Positions 39,426 to 50,602 of a DNA stretch of 64,000 nt are shown here, one piece after another. The stretch comes from Candidatus Oxydemutatoraceae bacterium (GTDB taxonomy: Bacteria > Pseudomonadota > Gammaproteobacteria > Poriferisulfidales > Oxydemutatoraceae): assembly GCA_965220085.1 (NCBI GenBank), contig CBDCOZ010000003.1:1600001-1664000 (forward strand). The letters run 5' to 3'. The notes beneath the pieces were generated by a model. It was not told the DNA's origin and made no database searches. It saw only the letters and a program-made list of their open reading frames with translations. The position numbers and the translations under genes are program-made. Within the stretch, counting starts at the first letter, position 1. Every line of letters begins with the position of its first letter.

Positions 39426-40337
39426 TTAGCTGCCGAGGGCCGGCAAGAAAGAGACCGGGGAAGCATCGCTGTCTTGATTGAAAACGATTATCTCCCACGC
39501 TTGGGCATCCCGCAATAATTCGGAACGCAGGTGGTTATTCAGCGTGTGTCCGGACTTGCAACCTTCAAAACAACCGATCAAATTATGTCCCAGCAAAAAG
39601 AGGTCGCCGATCACATCCAGTATTTTGTGTTTGACAAACTCATCCTCGGAACGCAAACCGTCTTCGTTCAGAACGCGGTGATTATCTATCACTACGGCGT
39701 TCTCCTTGCTGCCGCCGCGAATGAGGCCCATCTCGCGTAATTTCTCATAATCTTTGAGGAAGCCGAATGTTCTGGAGCGGCTGACACTGCTGACAAAGGA
39801 GGTATTGGAGAAATCTACCTCAGACTTGAGAATTCGGCGTCTGAATGCGGGGTGGCTGAAGTCAATTTCAAAACAGACTTTGAAGCCTTCAAAAGGATAC
39901 ATTCGCACCCACTTGTCGCCGTCTTTCACCTCCACTTTTTTCTTCACCCGGATAAACTTTTTCAATTGCTCTTGCTCTTCGATGCCCGCCGACCCGAGCA
40001 AAAAGACAAACGGTCCGGCGCTGCCGTCCATGATGGGAATTTCCGGAGCGTTCACATCGACATGCAGGTTGTCGATACCGAGTCCGGCGACCGCGGATAG
40101 CAAATGCTCCACAGTGGAGATCCGCGCGCCTTCTTTGCCGAGGGTCGTAGAGAGCCGGGTATCTACGACATAGTCATTGTGGGCGGGAATACTCACCGGT
40201 TGATCGAGATCCACCCGATGAAACACCACGCCGGTATCGGGTTGCGCCGGGCGCAGTGTCAGCTGAATGGTTTTGCCCGTATGCAAACCCACGCCAACGG
40301 CTTGAATTGAATTTTTAAGTGTCCGTTGCTTAATCAA
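39426..40337 (-). CDS. lpxC: UDP-3-O-acyl-N-acetylglucosamine deacetylase
   Basis: [44 protein letters not shown]. Confidence 0.98.
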   Translation of the reverse strand: MIKQRTLKNSIQAVGVGLHTGKTIQLTLRPAQPDTGVVFHRVDLDQPVSIPAHNDYVVDTRLSTTLGKEGARISTVEHLLSAVAGLGIDNLHVDVNAPEIPIMDGSAGPFVFLLGSAGIEEQEQLKKFIRVKKKVEVKDGDKWVRMYPFEGFKVCFEIDFSHPAFRRRILKSEVDFSNTSFVSSVSRSRTFGFLKDYEKLREMGLIRGGSKENAVVIDNHRVLNEDGLRSEDEFVKHKILDVIGDLFLLGHNLIGCFEGCKSGHTLNNHLRSELLRDAQAWEIIVFNQDSDASPVSFLPALGS

Positions 40338-40566
40338 AAGATCAGCCTTTAAAGTATGCTTGGTAAATTTTTGCTTCTTATCCGCTATCGACCCTCAGGC
40401 CCAAGGGTAAATATGTTATAAGAAATACGGAAAATATACAACATACCTACCCCACAGATTGACCCGACCGGCGGCAGCCCTATTGGTTGCCGGATGAGCC
40501 GATCGGCAGAGCCCCCTGCCGCCGTCGCCGCCGGGCGGGGCTCCCAAAGCATTATTTTTTCAACTA

Positions 40567-41757
40567 TTAATCGACCTGCTGCCGCAAGAAGGCCGGAATA
40601 TCCAAGTAATCCTCATACTCCTTATTCTCGCTATTCTCGCCCGCAGGGCTGTCTAATTCCGCCTTATTGCTATGCATCACAGGCAGCTCTGTCCCGACCT
40701 CGCCGGACTCCTTGGCATGCAATGGCAAAGGCGATTGGTCGGTCTCCGCTTTGATTTCCGCCGCCGACGAACCCGCTTCCTCGGTCGACAAAGCTTCGCT
40801 GAAGCCCGTTGCGACCATCGTCACGCGCAGGTCCTCGCCCATCTCTTCGTCGATGACGGTGCCGATCACCACTTCGGCATTCTCGGCCGCAATGTCGGTG
40901 ATACAAGCGCCGATCTCCTTGTACTCGCTCATCTTCAACGAGGACGAAGCGGTGACATTGATCAAAAGGCCGTGCACATCCTGCAAATCCATATCTTCCA
41001 ACAAAGGGTTGTTGATCGCATTTTGGGTCGCTTCGTGCGCGCGATCCGCGCCTTCGGCGACGCCGGATCCGATCATGGCCATGCCCATCTCGGACATGAC
41101 TTTTTTGACATCCGCAAAATCAAGATTGATAAGACCGTCGCAAGTGATTAGCTCGGCGATGCCTTGAACCGAACCGCAGAGAACATCGTTGGCTTTTTCA
41201 AACGCCCCTACCAAAGTGACATCTTCGCCCAGCACGGTCATCAGTTTGTCATTCGGGATCGTGATCAGAGAATCGACATATTTTGACAACTCATCGAGCC
41301 CCTCATCGGCGATAGCCATCCGCCGCGCGCGCTCAAAGCCGAACGGCTTCGTCACGACGGCGATCGTCAAAATCCCCATATTTCTGGCTATTTCCGCAAT
41401 CACCGGGGCGGCCCCGGTGCCGGTGCCGCCGCCAAGACACGCGGTGATAAACACCATATCGGAGCCTTGGACAGCGTCCTGCAGTTGCTCGCTCGCCTCG
41501 TGCGCGGCCTCGCGACCGACTTCGGGGTCGGTGCCGGCGCCGAGGCCGCCGGTAATGCGGGCGCCCAATTGAATGACCGTGTCGGCATTGCTATTGCCGA
41601 GCGCCTGCATATCGGTATTGGCGCAGACAAAGTCAACCCCCGATATGTTTTTTGCCACCATGTGATTGAGGGCGTTGCCGCCGCCGCCGCCGACACCGAC
41701 TGCCTTTATAACCGCGCCTTTCGGGCGGACATTTTCTTCAACAATATGAAATACCAT
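40567..41757 (-). CDS. ftsZ: Cell division protein FtsZ
   Basis: GVGGGGGNA, GGGTGTGAAP, INLDFADV, C-terminal DIPAFLR. Confidence 0.99.
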   Translation of the reverse strand: MVFHIVEENVRPKGAVIKAVGVGGGGGNALNHMVAKNISGVDFVCANTDMQALGNSNADTVIQLGARITGGLGAGTDPEVGREAAHEASEQLQDAVQGSDMVFITACLGGGTGTGAAPVIAEIARNMGILTIAVVTKPFGFERARRMAIADEGLDELSKYVDSLITIPNDKLMTVLGEDVTLVGAFEKANDVLCGSVQGIAELITCDGLINLDFADVKKVMSEMGMAMIGSGVAEGADRAHEATQNAINNPLLEDMDLQDVHGLLINVTASSSLKMSEYKEIGACITDIAAENAEVVIGTVIDEEMGEDLRVTMVATGFSEALSTEEAGSSAAEIKAETDQSPLPLHAKESGEVGTELPVMHSNKAELDSPAGENSENKEYEDYLDIPAFLRQQVD

Positions 41758-41784
41758 AATGCTATCCTCCTGTTTTAGTTAAGT

Positions 41785-42999
41785 TTAAAAATGTTCTTTC
41801 AACCAAGTGCGAAAACTGCTCCAGGTGTGTTTCACACCGCCGCGGTATTGCCTTTTGGCAACACCGGCAGTATTCAATTCTGTCGCGTAATACAGCAAGC
41901 CGATACCCGTCGCATACACCGGGTCATGAAACAAATTGGCAAAACTTCCCGTGACCGCCGGGTGTCCGACCCGTACCGGCATATTGAAGATGCTCTCGGC
42001 CAGTTCGGCACAGCCTTCCAACTTTGAGCTGCCGCCGGTCAGCACCACTCCGGATACGACGACCTCGTCAAAATGATGCTTGGCCAATTCGCGTTGGACC
42101 AGCGAAAAAATCTCTTCGTAGCGCGGTTCTATAATCTCCGCCAAGTTATGCCGCTTCAACTTGGTCGCTTGGCGTTGCTTTGACGGATCCGGCGCTTCGA
42201 TCTGCTCATCGGGAGCCGCCAACTTGCGCATCGCGCAGCCGTATTTGAGTTTTATTTCTTCGGCATATTGGGTCGGGGTGCGAAGCGATATCGCAATATC
42301 GTTCGTCACATGATCGCCCGCAACCGGTATCACCACCGTATGCACGATAGCGCCTTTGACAAAAACGGCCACATCGGTCGTGCCGCCGCCTATATCGACC
42401 AGACAGATGCCGAGTTCCCGCTCATCGGGTGTCAGCACCGACAGACTGGAGGCGATGGATTCCATGACGATTCCGTCGATCTCCAAGCCGCAACGCTTGA
42501 CACATTTGGTGATGTTTTGAATCGGGTGGACGCCGCCTGTCACCAAATGCACCGCCGCTTCAAGCCGATACCCCGACATACCGTTGGGGTCTTTGATACC
42601 GCGTTCCTCATCGACTGTGAAATCACGCGGCAACACATGGAGCACCCTCTGGTCATTGGCAATCTGTATGGCTTGCGCCGTCTCAACCGCGCGCTCAATG
42701 TCTCCGGCGGTCACCTCTCCGTCACGAATCGGCGCCACCCCGTGGCAGTTGACACTTTTGATGTGCTGCCCCGCCACGCCGATATATACCGATGAAATTT
42801 TGCAATTGCCCATCAGTTCGGCCTCTTCGATAGCCTGCTTGATAGAACCGGCCATCTCGTCGATATTGACCACTATCCCCCGCTTCATTCCCTGCGACGG
42901 ACAACTGCCCATCGAGATGACTTCAAACCCGCCGTCTTCCTTCAAATCGCAAACGATCGCCGCGATCTTATTCGTCCCGATGTCCAAGGCTGTCAGCAC
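41785..42999 (-). CDS. ftsA: Cell division protein FtsA
   Basis: ALDIGT, DIGGGTTD, AGDHVTNDI, AEEIK, LTGGSS; GTG at 42999 preceded by AAGGAG. Confidence 0.97.
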   Translation of the reverse strand: MLTALDIGTNKIAAIVCDLKEDGGFEVISMGSCPSQGMKRGIVVNIDEMAGSIKQAIEEAELMGNCKISSVYIGVAGQHIKSVNCHGVAPIRDGEVTAGDIERAVETAQAIQIANDQRVLHVLPRDFTVDEERGIKDPNGMSGYRLEAAVHLVTGGVHPIQNITKCVKRCGLEIDGIVMESIASSLSVLTPDERELGICLVDIGGGTTDVAVFVKGAIVHTVVIPVAGDHVTNDIAISLRTPTQYAEEIKLKYGCAMRKLAAPDEQIEAPDPSKQRQATKLKRHNLAEIIEPRYEEIFSLVQRELAKHHFDEVVVSGVVLTGGSSKLEGCAELAESIFNMPVRVGHPAVTGSFANLFHDPVYATGIGLLYYATELNTAGVAKRQYRGGVKHTWSSFRTWLKEHF

Positions 43000-43751
43000 G
43001 ATACCCTCTCCTTTTCTTTCCAGCGCACCGCAAAGCCGTCGGCATAACGCAAATCCACACACGCGATATGTGTCGCTATGTCGCCCAGCCCGTTGGCATA
43101 AGCGCGCGCAAATCTTTTCACCCGCGCCTCGGTATCGCGGCGACCGATCACCAGTGTCATGCCCCGCTTGAGCACGGCAGTCCGCGAGCGATTCGCATCC
43201 TCAATCAAATATCCGATCTCGCTTGCGGGCATCTGTAACCAGTCAACCAAACGATGATAAAAGTCCAGCGCGATCCGATTGCGGTCGGCGGCGGTCAGAA
43301 ATACCGACAGTTCGGGGTAATCAACATGGTCGGGAAAAAACACCGCGCCGGTATCGTCTATCAGGCCCTGTTTGCCCCAGCGAGCGACCGCTTGCCTTTC
43401 CTTGATCTCAACGACTAGCGTATCCGGCCAGATTCTCCTCATGACAACCCCTTGCACCCACGGCAGTTTTGCAAACCGCGCTTCAAGCCGCGCCAAATCA
43501 ATATCAAACAAATTCTTGCCAAGATGCGGCGCCGTAACCGATTCCAACTCCAAGCGGTCGAGATGCTTATACGCTCCTTCAAAACGGATGTGTTGCAACT
43601 GTCCGAAAATAAGGTGTCCCCAATCGGGACGCATAACTATTACGGCCGTCGCGACTATGGCGACCGACACCAGGGTCAGTACGGCTTCCGCAAGCCATAC
43701 GGAACCGCGCCGGGAACCGCTCTGTGCCAAAGGCGTGTGTTGCCCGCTCAT
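42993..43751 (-). CDS. ftsQ: Cell division protein FtsQ
   Basis: TM helix, POTRA (LPWV..RRIWPD), DLRYADGFAV. Confidence 0.93.
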   Translation of the reverse strand: MSGQHTPLAQSGSRRGSVWLAEAVLTLVSVAIVATAVIVMRPDWGHLIFGQLQHIRFEGAYKHLDRLELESVTAPHLGKNLFDIDLARLEARFAKLPWVQGVVMRRIWPDTLVVEIKERQAVARWGKQGLIDDTGAVFFPDHVDYPELSVFLTAADRNRIALDFYHRLVDWLQMPASEIGYLIEDANRSRTAVLKRGMTLVIGRRDTEARVKRFARAYANGLGDIATHIACVDLRYADGFAVRWKEKERVSC

Positions 43752-44665
43752 CGTTTTTTCACCCCGGCGGCGGACAAAATCTCCGACACCAACTGTTCAA
43801 ACTCCATGCCATGCGCCCGCGCGGCCATCGGTATCAAACTGTGCTCTGTCATCCCCGGTATGGTATTGACTTCCAGCAAGCAAAAACAATTGTCATCGCT
43901 GCGCACAACATCGGCGCGCGCGCAACCTTCCGCGCCGAGCGCCGCGCAAGCATCCGAGCACAAGGCTTGCAGTTCCGCGAGTTCGTCATCGCCAAGGCCG
44001 CAGGGGCAGTGATAGCGCGTCGCACCGTCTTCGTATTTTGCAATGTAATCATAGAAAGGCCGTCGCGGCTCAAGGCGGATCGGCGGCAAGGGTTCCCCGT
44101 TTAAGAAACCGACCGCATATTCGCTGCCGCTTATCCACTGCTCTATCAAGACGGCTTCTCCCGATTGCGATACTTCCTGCCACGCCTGTTCCAGCAAATC
44201 GGCATCATCCGCTCGGCTCACCCCGATACTGGAGCCTCCGGAGACCGGCTTGACCGCCACCGGCATGCCCAACTCCGCTTTCACGCAGTCAAAATCCGGC
44301 AGTTCTTGCGCCACGATAAAGTCGGGGGTCGCAATGCCGCAATCGCGCCAGATGCGCTTAGCGGCGACCTTGTTCATACACAAAGCCGACGCCAACACAC
44401 CGCTGCCGGTGAACGGAATGCCCAATATCTCCAACATGCCTTGCACCGTGCCATCCTCGCCGCCGCACCCGTGCAGCGCGATAAACGCGCAATCGGCCGT
44501 GTCCCGACTCAATTCCGCAAGCGACCGTTGTTTCGTATCAAAAAGAAACGCATCGATACCGCGCTGTTTGAGAGCGCGCTCGACCGCCGCCCCGCTTTGC
44601 AGCGAGATCTCCCGCTCGGGCGACCGCCCGCCCGCCAATACCGCTACCCGGCCAAAGCCGCTCAT
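43748..44665 (-). CDS. ddl: D-alanine--D-alanine ligase
   Basis: GGRSPEREISLQSG, LHG.GGEDG, FYDYIAKY, LEVNTIPGMT. Confidence 0.97.
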   Translation of the reverse strand: MSGFGRVAVLAGGRSPEREISLQSGAAVERALKQRGIDAFLFDTKQRSLAELSRDTADCAFIALHGCGGEDGTVQGMLEILGIPFTGSGVLASALCMNKVAAKRIWRDCGIATPDFIVAQELPDFDCVKAELGMPVAVKPVSGGSSIGVSRADDADLLEQAWQEVSQSGEAVLIEQWISGSEYAVGFLNGEPLPPIRLEPRRPFYDYIAKYEDGATRYHCPCGLGDDELAELQALCSDACAALGAEGCARADVVRSDDNCFCLLEVNTIPGMTEHSLIPMAARAHGMEFEQLVSEILSAAGVKKR

Positions 44666-45558
44666 TGCTCTTCCCCCACGATGATGACTTCCGGCTCCAA
44701 ACACACTCCGGTCTCGCGCGCGACCGTGTCTTTGACAAGACCGATCAATGATTCAATATCGCTTGCCGATGCATGGCCGCGGTTCACGATAAAATTCGCG
44801 TGCTTTTCCGAAACGACGGCGTCGCCTATCGCATGACCGCACAGGCCGCATTGCTCGATCAGCTTTGCCGCATAGTGTTTCTCGGGGTTTTTAAATACCG
44901 AACCGCAGTTGAGTTCGCCGACCGGTTGGGTCTGTTGGCGCTTGCGCAGCTGCTCGTCAATCTGGGCGCGCGCATCTTTGTCGCTTGAAAACAACTCAAA
45001 CTCGGCCGCCGTGAACCACTGCCCCGGCGGCACTTCGACCGAGCGATAAGCGACGGCAAAATCGCTCGCCGCATACCGCCGCTGTTCGCCGCGCGAATCG
45101 ATCGTCTCTGCCGCGCGCACATATTCCCAGGCAGAACCGTCAAAGGCGCCGGCGTTCATCTTCAGCGCGCCCCCGACAGTGCCCGGTATGCAAGCCATAA
45201 ACATCAGATCGCCCAGATTGCGGTTGGCGCAATAACGCGCCAAACGGCCGCAAGACACTCCCGCTTCGGCGCGCACGACGTATTCCGACAACTGTGTGAT
45301 CTGTTTAAACCCTTTGCGCAAAGTAATGACGCAGCCGCGCACTCCGCCGTCCCGAATCAATACATTGCTGCCGAGACCGAGGCACAAAACCGGCTGCTGA
45401 TGGGCGCATTCGGCCAGAAAGAAAGCGAGGTCCTTGTCATTCTCCGGCTCAAAGAAGCAGTCCGCATTGCCGCCCACGCGCCAGGTGTTGAGACGATGCA
45501 ACGGATGATTGAACGTCAATCTGCCTTGAAGCCGGTTTGTATCGCAATTCAGCCGCAT
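44662..45558 (-). CDS. murB: UDP-N-acetylenolpyruvoylglucosamine reductase
   Basis: GLGSNVL, IPGTVGGALKMNAGA, GSVFKNP, SEKHANFIVN, LEPEV. Confidence 0.96.
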   Translation of the reverse strand: MRLNCDTNRLQGRLTFNHPLHRLNTWRVGGNADCFFEPENDKDLAFFLAECAHQQPVLCLGLGSNVLIRDGGVRGCVITLRKGFKQITQLSEYVVRAEAGVSCGRLARYCANRNLGDLMFMACIPGTVGGALKMNAGAFDGSAWEYVRAAETIDSRGEQRRYAASDFAVAYRSVEVPPGQWFTAAEFELFSSDKDARAQIDEQLRKRQQTQPVGELNCGSVFKNPEKHYAAKLIEQCGLCGHAIGDAVVSEKHANFIVNRGHASASDIESLIGLVKDTVARETGVCLEPEVIIVGEEQ

Positions 45559-45560
45559 CG

Positions 45561-46994
45561 CTAGACAACCCTCACCGGTCTTTTGCTTGCGCGAAAATGA
45601 CCGCTCAACTCGGGCGCCAACTTGCTGATGGAACCGGCCCCCATCGTAATCAACAAATCGCCGTCCTGCAGTATGTGTCGCAGAATGTCCGCCACCTCCG
45701 TCATCCGCTTCGCATAGAGGACGGTATTGGAACCGCGCTTTCTGATCGCGCGACACAAAGCCGCGCTGTCTATCCCCGGAATCGCTTCCTCGCTGGCGGC
45801 ATAAACATCCAACAGAATCAGCTCGCTCGCTTCGCTCAAGACCTCGCAAAACTCGTCAAACAGATCCTGCGTGCGGCTAAAACGATGCGGCTGAAAAACC
45901 AGCACCTGTCGCCGGCCCGGCCACGCGTCTCGGGCCGCTTCCAATACGGCGCGAATCTCTTGCGGGTGATGGCCGTAGTCGTCTATCAATGTCACCTTCC
46001 CCGACGGCGCTAACAAATCCCCGCAATGTTGAAAACGGCGACCGATGCCTTCAAATTCTCTCAGGGCTTCGCCGACTGTCTCGCGCGAAATACCCAGAGC
46101 AAAGGCGATACCGCACGCCGCCAGCGCATTGAGAATATTGTGTCGCCCCGGCAAGTTGAGCGTCGCTTCAAAAGCGCCGGCCGCCCCCGGCAACGTCACC
46201 TTGAAGCGGCTCTGCATCGCATCAAAACGAATATCGGAAGCCGTGATCGCGCTGTCTTCGCGAAACCCGTACGTGATCAGCCGCCTCGCTATTTGCGGAT
46301 ACAAAGAGCGCACCGCCGGGTCTTCGTTACAAACAACCGCAGCGCCGTAAAACGGAAGGTTATGAATAAAATCGACGACGCTTTGTTTCAGATCGTCAAA
46401 AGAGTCGTTATACGCGCTGAGGTGGTCCCTGCCAATGTTCGTCACCGCCGACAGCATGGGTTGCAAATGCAGAAAAGAAGAATCGCTTTCGTCGGCCTCC
46501 GCCACCAGATAAGGCGTTTCTCCCAAGCGCGCGTTCGCGCCCCAACTGTTCACTTTGCCGCCGATAATGCAAGTCGGATCCAACCCGGCTTTTGACAATA
46601 TCGCCGCTGCCAAACTCGTCGTTGTCGTCTTGCCGTGTGTGCCGGCAACCGCGATACCGTAACGAAAGCGCATCAATTCGGCCAGCATTTCGGCGCGTTT
46701 TATCACCGGAATCTGCAAGGCTTTGGCGCGCCGTACCTCCGGGTTTTCCGGCGCGATTACCGACGACACCACGACGACATCGCACGACTCCACATGCTCC
46801 GCGCGGTGACCGACAAAAATCCGCGCGCCGAAGGAACGCAAACGCTCCGTAGCGCTGTTGTTGCGAATATCCGAACCCTGCACGCTGCAACCGAGACTGA
46901 TCAACACCTCGGCGATGCCGCTCATGCCGACTCCGCCGATGCCGATGAAATGGACGACGCCGATATTTTCCTGTTCTAACCCGTAGTCTTTCAC
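45561..46994 (-). CDS. murC: UDP-N-acetylmuramate--L-alanine ligase
   Basis: HFIGIGGVGMSG, AGTHGKTTT, EADESD, DDYGHHP, FQPHRFSRT. Confidence 0.98.
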   Translation of the reverse strand: MKDYGLEQENIGVVHFIGIGGVGMSGIAEVLISLGCSVQGSDIRNNSATERLRSFGARIFVGHRAEHVESCDVVVVSSVIAPENPEVRRAKALQIPVIKRAEMLAELMRFRYGIAVAGTHGKTTTTSLAAAILSKAGLDPTCIIGGKVNSWGANARLGETPYLVAEADESDSSFLHLQPMLSAVTNIGRDHLSAYNDSFDDLKQSVVDFIHNLPFYGAAVVCNEDPAVRSLYPQIARRLITYGFREDSAITASDIRFDAMQSRFKVTLPGAAGAFEATLNLPGRHNILNALAACGIAFALGISRETVGEALREFEGIGRRFQHCGDLLAPSGKVTLIDDYGHHPQEIRAVLEAARDAWPGRRQVLVFQPHRFSRTQDLFDEFCEVLSEASELILLDVYAASEEAIPGIDSAALCRAIRKRGSNTVLYAKRMTEVADILRHILQDGDLLITMGAGSISKLAPELSGHFRASKRPVRVV

Positions 46995-48079
46995 AAGCCC
47001 GCCTCCTCGCGACATATTTGCGCAATCCGCTCATCGCTGCCATGCGACGCGCGGGCAAACGCGTGTCGGGCAATCTGTTGTAACTTCGGGCGATCGTGCG
47101 CGCACTGCGTCAGAGTCTCGGCAAGCGACGCGGCGCTGAATTGCGCTTCGGGCAACAATATCGCGGCGCCGGAATCGCTCAGAAACTTGGCATTCGCGGT
47201 TTGATGGTCATCCGTCGCATACGGGAAGGGCACCATGATTGCCGCCACACCCGCCGCCGCCACCTCGGCAACGGTCATCGCTCCCGCGCGACACAAAACG
47301 ATGTCGGCCCAGCGATACAATTCGTCCATCCGTTCCTCAAACTCAAAATATTCCGCCTCGATGCCGGCCGTTGCGATGCGATCGCGCATCTCATCCGCCC
47401 GGCCGCGACCGCACTGCTGTTTGACGCGGGGACGGGAGCGCGCATCCATCCGCGCCAAAGCGCGAGGCACTACGCGATTAAAAACAGCGGCCCCCCGACT
47501 GCCGCCGACTACCAGCAGACGCAACCGCCCGCCGTCGTCGGGATAGGTATGCGGCGACATCGAAGCAAAGTCATGGCGCACGGGGTTGCCGACATACGAT
47601 GTGCGCTGTGACACCAGCACATTCGGGAAGCCGGTCAGCACCCGTTTGCTCAACGGCTTTAGCAGGCGGTTGGTCAGCCCCGGAATCGCATTTTGTTCGT
47701 GAATCAGAAGCGGGATATTGGCGACAAAAGCGGCGACTCCGCCGGCGCCGGATACAAAGCCGCCCATGCCGAGCACCGCGAGCGGTCGTTGCTTCAAAAA
47801 GATTCGCAACGCGCGCCAAAACGAAAGACTCAGCCATAGCGGCGCCGACAACCACGCCTTAAGACCCTTGCCGCGCAGGCCCTGCGCATGGACCAACTCA
47901 AACACAAACCCTTGCGCCGGCGCCAATTCGTATTCCAATCCGTCGCGTGATCCCAGCCACAAAATCTCAATATTGCGCTTGCGCAGGCATCTGGCAACCG
48001 CAATACCGGGCAGCACATGACCGCCGGTACCTCCGGCCATCACCGCGATCAACGGTTTCCTTTTATCGGCCACTGACAC
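46991..48079 (-). CDS. murG: MurG glycosyltransferase
   Basis: AGGTGGHV, HEQNAIPG, GNPVR, GGSRGA, RAGAMT, DDHQTANA. Confidence 0.98.
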   Translation of the reverse strand: MSVADKRKPLIAVMAGGTGGHVLPGIAVARCLRKRNIEILWLGSRDGLEYELAPAQGFVFELVHAQGLRGKGLKAWLSAPLWLSLSFWRALRIFLKQRPLAVLGMGGFVSGAGGVAAFVANIPLLIHEQNAIPGLTNRLLKPLSKRVLTGFPNVLVSQRTSYVGNPVRHDFASMSPHTYPDDGGRLRLLVVGGSRGAAVFNRVVPRALARMDARSRPRVKQQCGRGRADEMRDRIATAGIEAEYFEFEERMDELYRWADIVLCRAGAMTVAEVAAAGVAAIMVPFPYATDDHQTANAKFLSDSGAAILLPEAQFSAASLAETLTQCAHDRPKLQQIARHAFARASHGSDERIAQICREEAGL

Positions 48080-49250
48080 TGACTCCTTGCCAATCGGGCG
48101 CTGCCCGGTCTTGCGTATTCTGGGTTTCGTGATGAATCCGCATCACCAATCCGATGGCAAGCAACGATACGATCAAACTGCTGCCGCCATAACTGACCAG
48201 CGGCAGCGTAATCCCTTTTGTCGGCACCAGACCTATGGCGACGGCCATGTTGGTCAGGGCTTGCGCGCCAAACCAAACCCCGATACCGTAGGCAAAGTGC
48301 GCTTCGGCGATCATGCCCTTCCTGTCGGCGCAGCGCCCTATCGCAAAGCACCTTTGTATCAGCAACCAGAACAAAACGACTATCACGAAAACCCCGGCGA
48401 ATCCCGACTCTTCGGCAATGATTGAAAAGATGAAATCGGTGTGCGCTTCCGGCAGATAAAACAGCTTTTGAATACTGTCGCCAAGACCCAAGCCAAACCA
48501 TCCGCCGCTGCCGACGGCAATCAGCGACTGTGTCAGTTGATAGCCATGCCCGAACGGGTCTTGCCAAGGGTCCGAAAATGCGATCAGCCGCGCCCAACGA
48601 TACGGCGACGCCACCAGCGCCAATACCATCAAGCCGCCCATCATCGATGAGAACAAAAAGAAATAACGGAACTTGATCCGCACCAGAAACAGCATGGCGA
48701 GAATCACCATCATGATGACGAATGCGGCCCCGTAATCGGGTTCCAGTAACAACAGCGAGATCAGCACTACGGCGACCAGCAACGGCATCAAAAACTCTTT
48801 GACACTGCGGACGATGGTGTTGCGGCGGCGGGCGATGTAATCGGCCAAATAGATGACAACGAAGAGTTTGACCAATTCCGATACTTGCAAGGTAAATATC
48901 CCGAAATCTATCCAGCGCCGGCTGCCGTTGACCGTCTTGCCTATCTGCGGCAGCAACACGACCAACAGCAATGCGATCGCCAGCGCCATCAGCCACCCGG
49001 CATGGGCTTGTATCCGTTGCGGCGGAATCAGGCAAGCGGATGCCGCCGCTATCAAACCGATCGCAATATGTGCAAAGTGGCGCTTGAGAAAATACATCGC
49101 ATCGCCCAATTCTTTTTCCGCAAAAGCCAACGAAGCGGAACTGACGACGACCGCGCCTATGCACAGCAGCAACAAACTGACCGCAAACAGCTTTTGGTCA
49201 AACCACATGTTCATGTATGCCGGCTTTTCAAAAAACATCTTTGCGCTCAT
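48063..49250 (-). CDS. ftsW: Peptidoglycan glycosyltransferase FtsW
   Basis: NGSRRWI, EPDYG, YQLTQS, YLPEAHTDF, PTKGITLPLVSYGGSS. Confidence 0.97.
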   Translation of the reverse strand: MSAKMFFEKPAYMNMWFDQKLFAVSLLLLCIGAVVVSSASLAFAEKELGDAMYFLKRHFAHIAIGLIAAASACLIPPQRIQAHAGWLMALAIALLLVVLLPQIGKTVNGSRRWIDFGIFTLQVSELVKLFVVIYLADYIARRRNTIVRSVKEFLMPLLVAVVLISLLLLEPDYGAAFVIMMVILAMLFLVRIKFRYFFLFSSMMGGLMVLALVASPYRWARLIAFSDPWQDPFGHGYQLTQSLIAVGSGGWFGLGLGDSIQKLFYLPEAHTDFIFSIIAEESGFAGVFVIVVLFWLLIQRCFAIGRCADRKGMIAEAHFAYGIGVWFGAQALTNMAVAIGLVPTKGITLPLVSYGGSSLIVSLLAIGLVMRIHHETQNTQDRAAPDWQGVSVSGR

Positions 49251-50599
49251 CGGCACAGCTCCCAAAACAGGCGGGCGAAGTCATCCCCCCGCTCCGCGTA
49301 GTCGCGATACATATCAAAACTGGCGCAGGCCGGCGACAGCAGGACACAATCGCCGCGGTCGGCTATGCGATGCGCCGTAGCGACCGCCTCGCGCATGCCG
49401 CCGACGCGATGAATCGGCGCGATGCCGTCTGCCGCCGCGGCGATACGCTCGGCATCGCGACCGAGCACGACAAATGCCTTCGCATAAGGCGAAGCCGCTG
49501 CGGCCAAGCGTGTGAAATCCGCGCCCTTGCCGAGGCCGCCGCAGATCAAAATCACTTTTTTATCCAGCGATTGCAATGCGCATATCACCGCGCCGACATT
49601 GGTCGCTTTTGAATCATTGATCCACTCGACTCCGGCCAACACACCGACCTTCTGCAAGCGGTGCGGCAAGCCTTCAAACTCGCGCGCCGCGGCACACATC
49701 GCGCTTTGCTCCAAGCCAATTTGATAGCCCAGAGCAAAGGCCGCCTGCGTATTCAGGATGCCGCCCCGGCCTTGTAATGCGAGGTCGCGACAATCGACCA
49801 GCGCCTCATCGCCGCGAGCAATAGCAGGACCTCTGTCGGAATCGACAACGCCGATGTTGTCCGCCGACGGCGCGTCCAAACCGAAGCTGACGGTCTTCGT
49901 ATGCGCCGCCTGCTCCGCCCCGATAGGCTCTTCGCGGTTGATCACCGCGCATGTGCTGTTGCGATGAATCCGCAACTTGGCTTTGCGATAGTCGTCCATA
50001 GACGGATAGCGGTCCAAGTGGTCTTCGCTGAGATTGAGAATCACCGATGCCGTCGGGCGCATAGAATAGACAGTCTCCAGTTGAAAACTGGACAGTTCCA
50101 GCACATATACATCGGCCGCTTCATCCAGCAAATCCAACGCCGGTCTGCCCAGGTTGCCGCCGGCCGCCGTCGCCGCGCCCGATCGGCGCGCCATCTCTGC
50201 CAGCAGACTCGCGACCGTACTCTTGCCGTTAGTACCCGTGATGGCGACGATTTTGCTCTGCGCGCCCGCATGCCGCGCGAACAATTCAATATCGCCGATG
50301 ATAGATTTCTTTTTCTCCGCCGCTCTGCGCAGGGCGGGCAATTCCAGAGACACCCCCGGACTCACGACGATGTCATTCGCTTCGTCAAAATAATCTTCAT
50401 TGGACAGCCCGACATACAGATCCGCCGACGGTATCTCCGCGACCAACTGCGCATAGCCGGGCGGGTCTTCGCGATCATCGACCACCATGAAATCACGGTT
50501 GCGACGGCGCAGAAACCGCGCCACCGACAAACCCGTCGCGCCGAGGCCGACAATGATCGCCTTTTGAGTTTGCGCATGTGGTTTTGATACCGCAGCCAT
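49247..50599 (-). CDS. murD: UDP-MurNAc-L-Ala--D-glutamate ligase
   Basis: ITGTNGKST, LELSSFQL, DHLDRY, NDSKATN, LSPACASFD. Confidence 0.98.
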   Translation of the reverse strand: MAAVSKPHAQTQKAIIVGLGATGLSVARFLRRRNRDFMVVDDREDPPGYAQLVAEIPSADLYVGLSNEDYFDEANDIVVSPGVSLELPALRRAAEKKKSIIGDIELFARHAGAQSKIVAITGTNGKSTVASLLAEMARRSGAATAAGGNLGRPALDLLDEAADVYVLELSSFQLETVYSMRPTASVILNLSEDHLDRYPSMDDYRKAKLRIHRNSTCAVINREEPIGAEQAAHTKTVSFGLDAPSADNIGVVDSDRGPAIARGDEALVDCRDLALQGRGGILNTQAAFALGYQIGLEQSAMCAAAREFEGLPHRLQKVGVLAGVEWINDSKATNVGAVICALQSLDKKVILICGGLGKGADFTRLAAAASPYAKAFVVLGRDAERIAAAADGIAPIHRVGGMREAVATAHRIADRGDCVLLSPACASFDMYRDYAERGDDFARLFWELCR

Positions 50600-50602
50600 G
50601 AC

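Noticed and set aside
40468-40525. GC-rich inverted repeat (CGGCGGCAG...CTGCCGCCG) between ftsZ and lpxC as terminator or REP
   Set aside because: Long loop, no adjacent T-tract and a single occurrence; cannot assign a function
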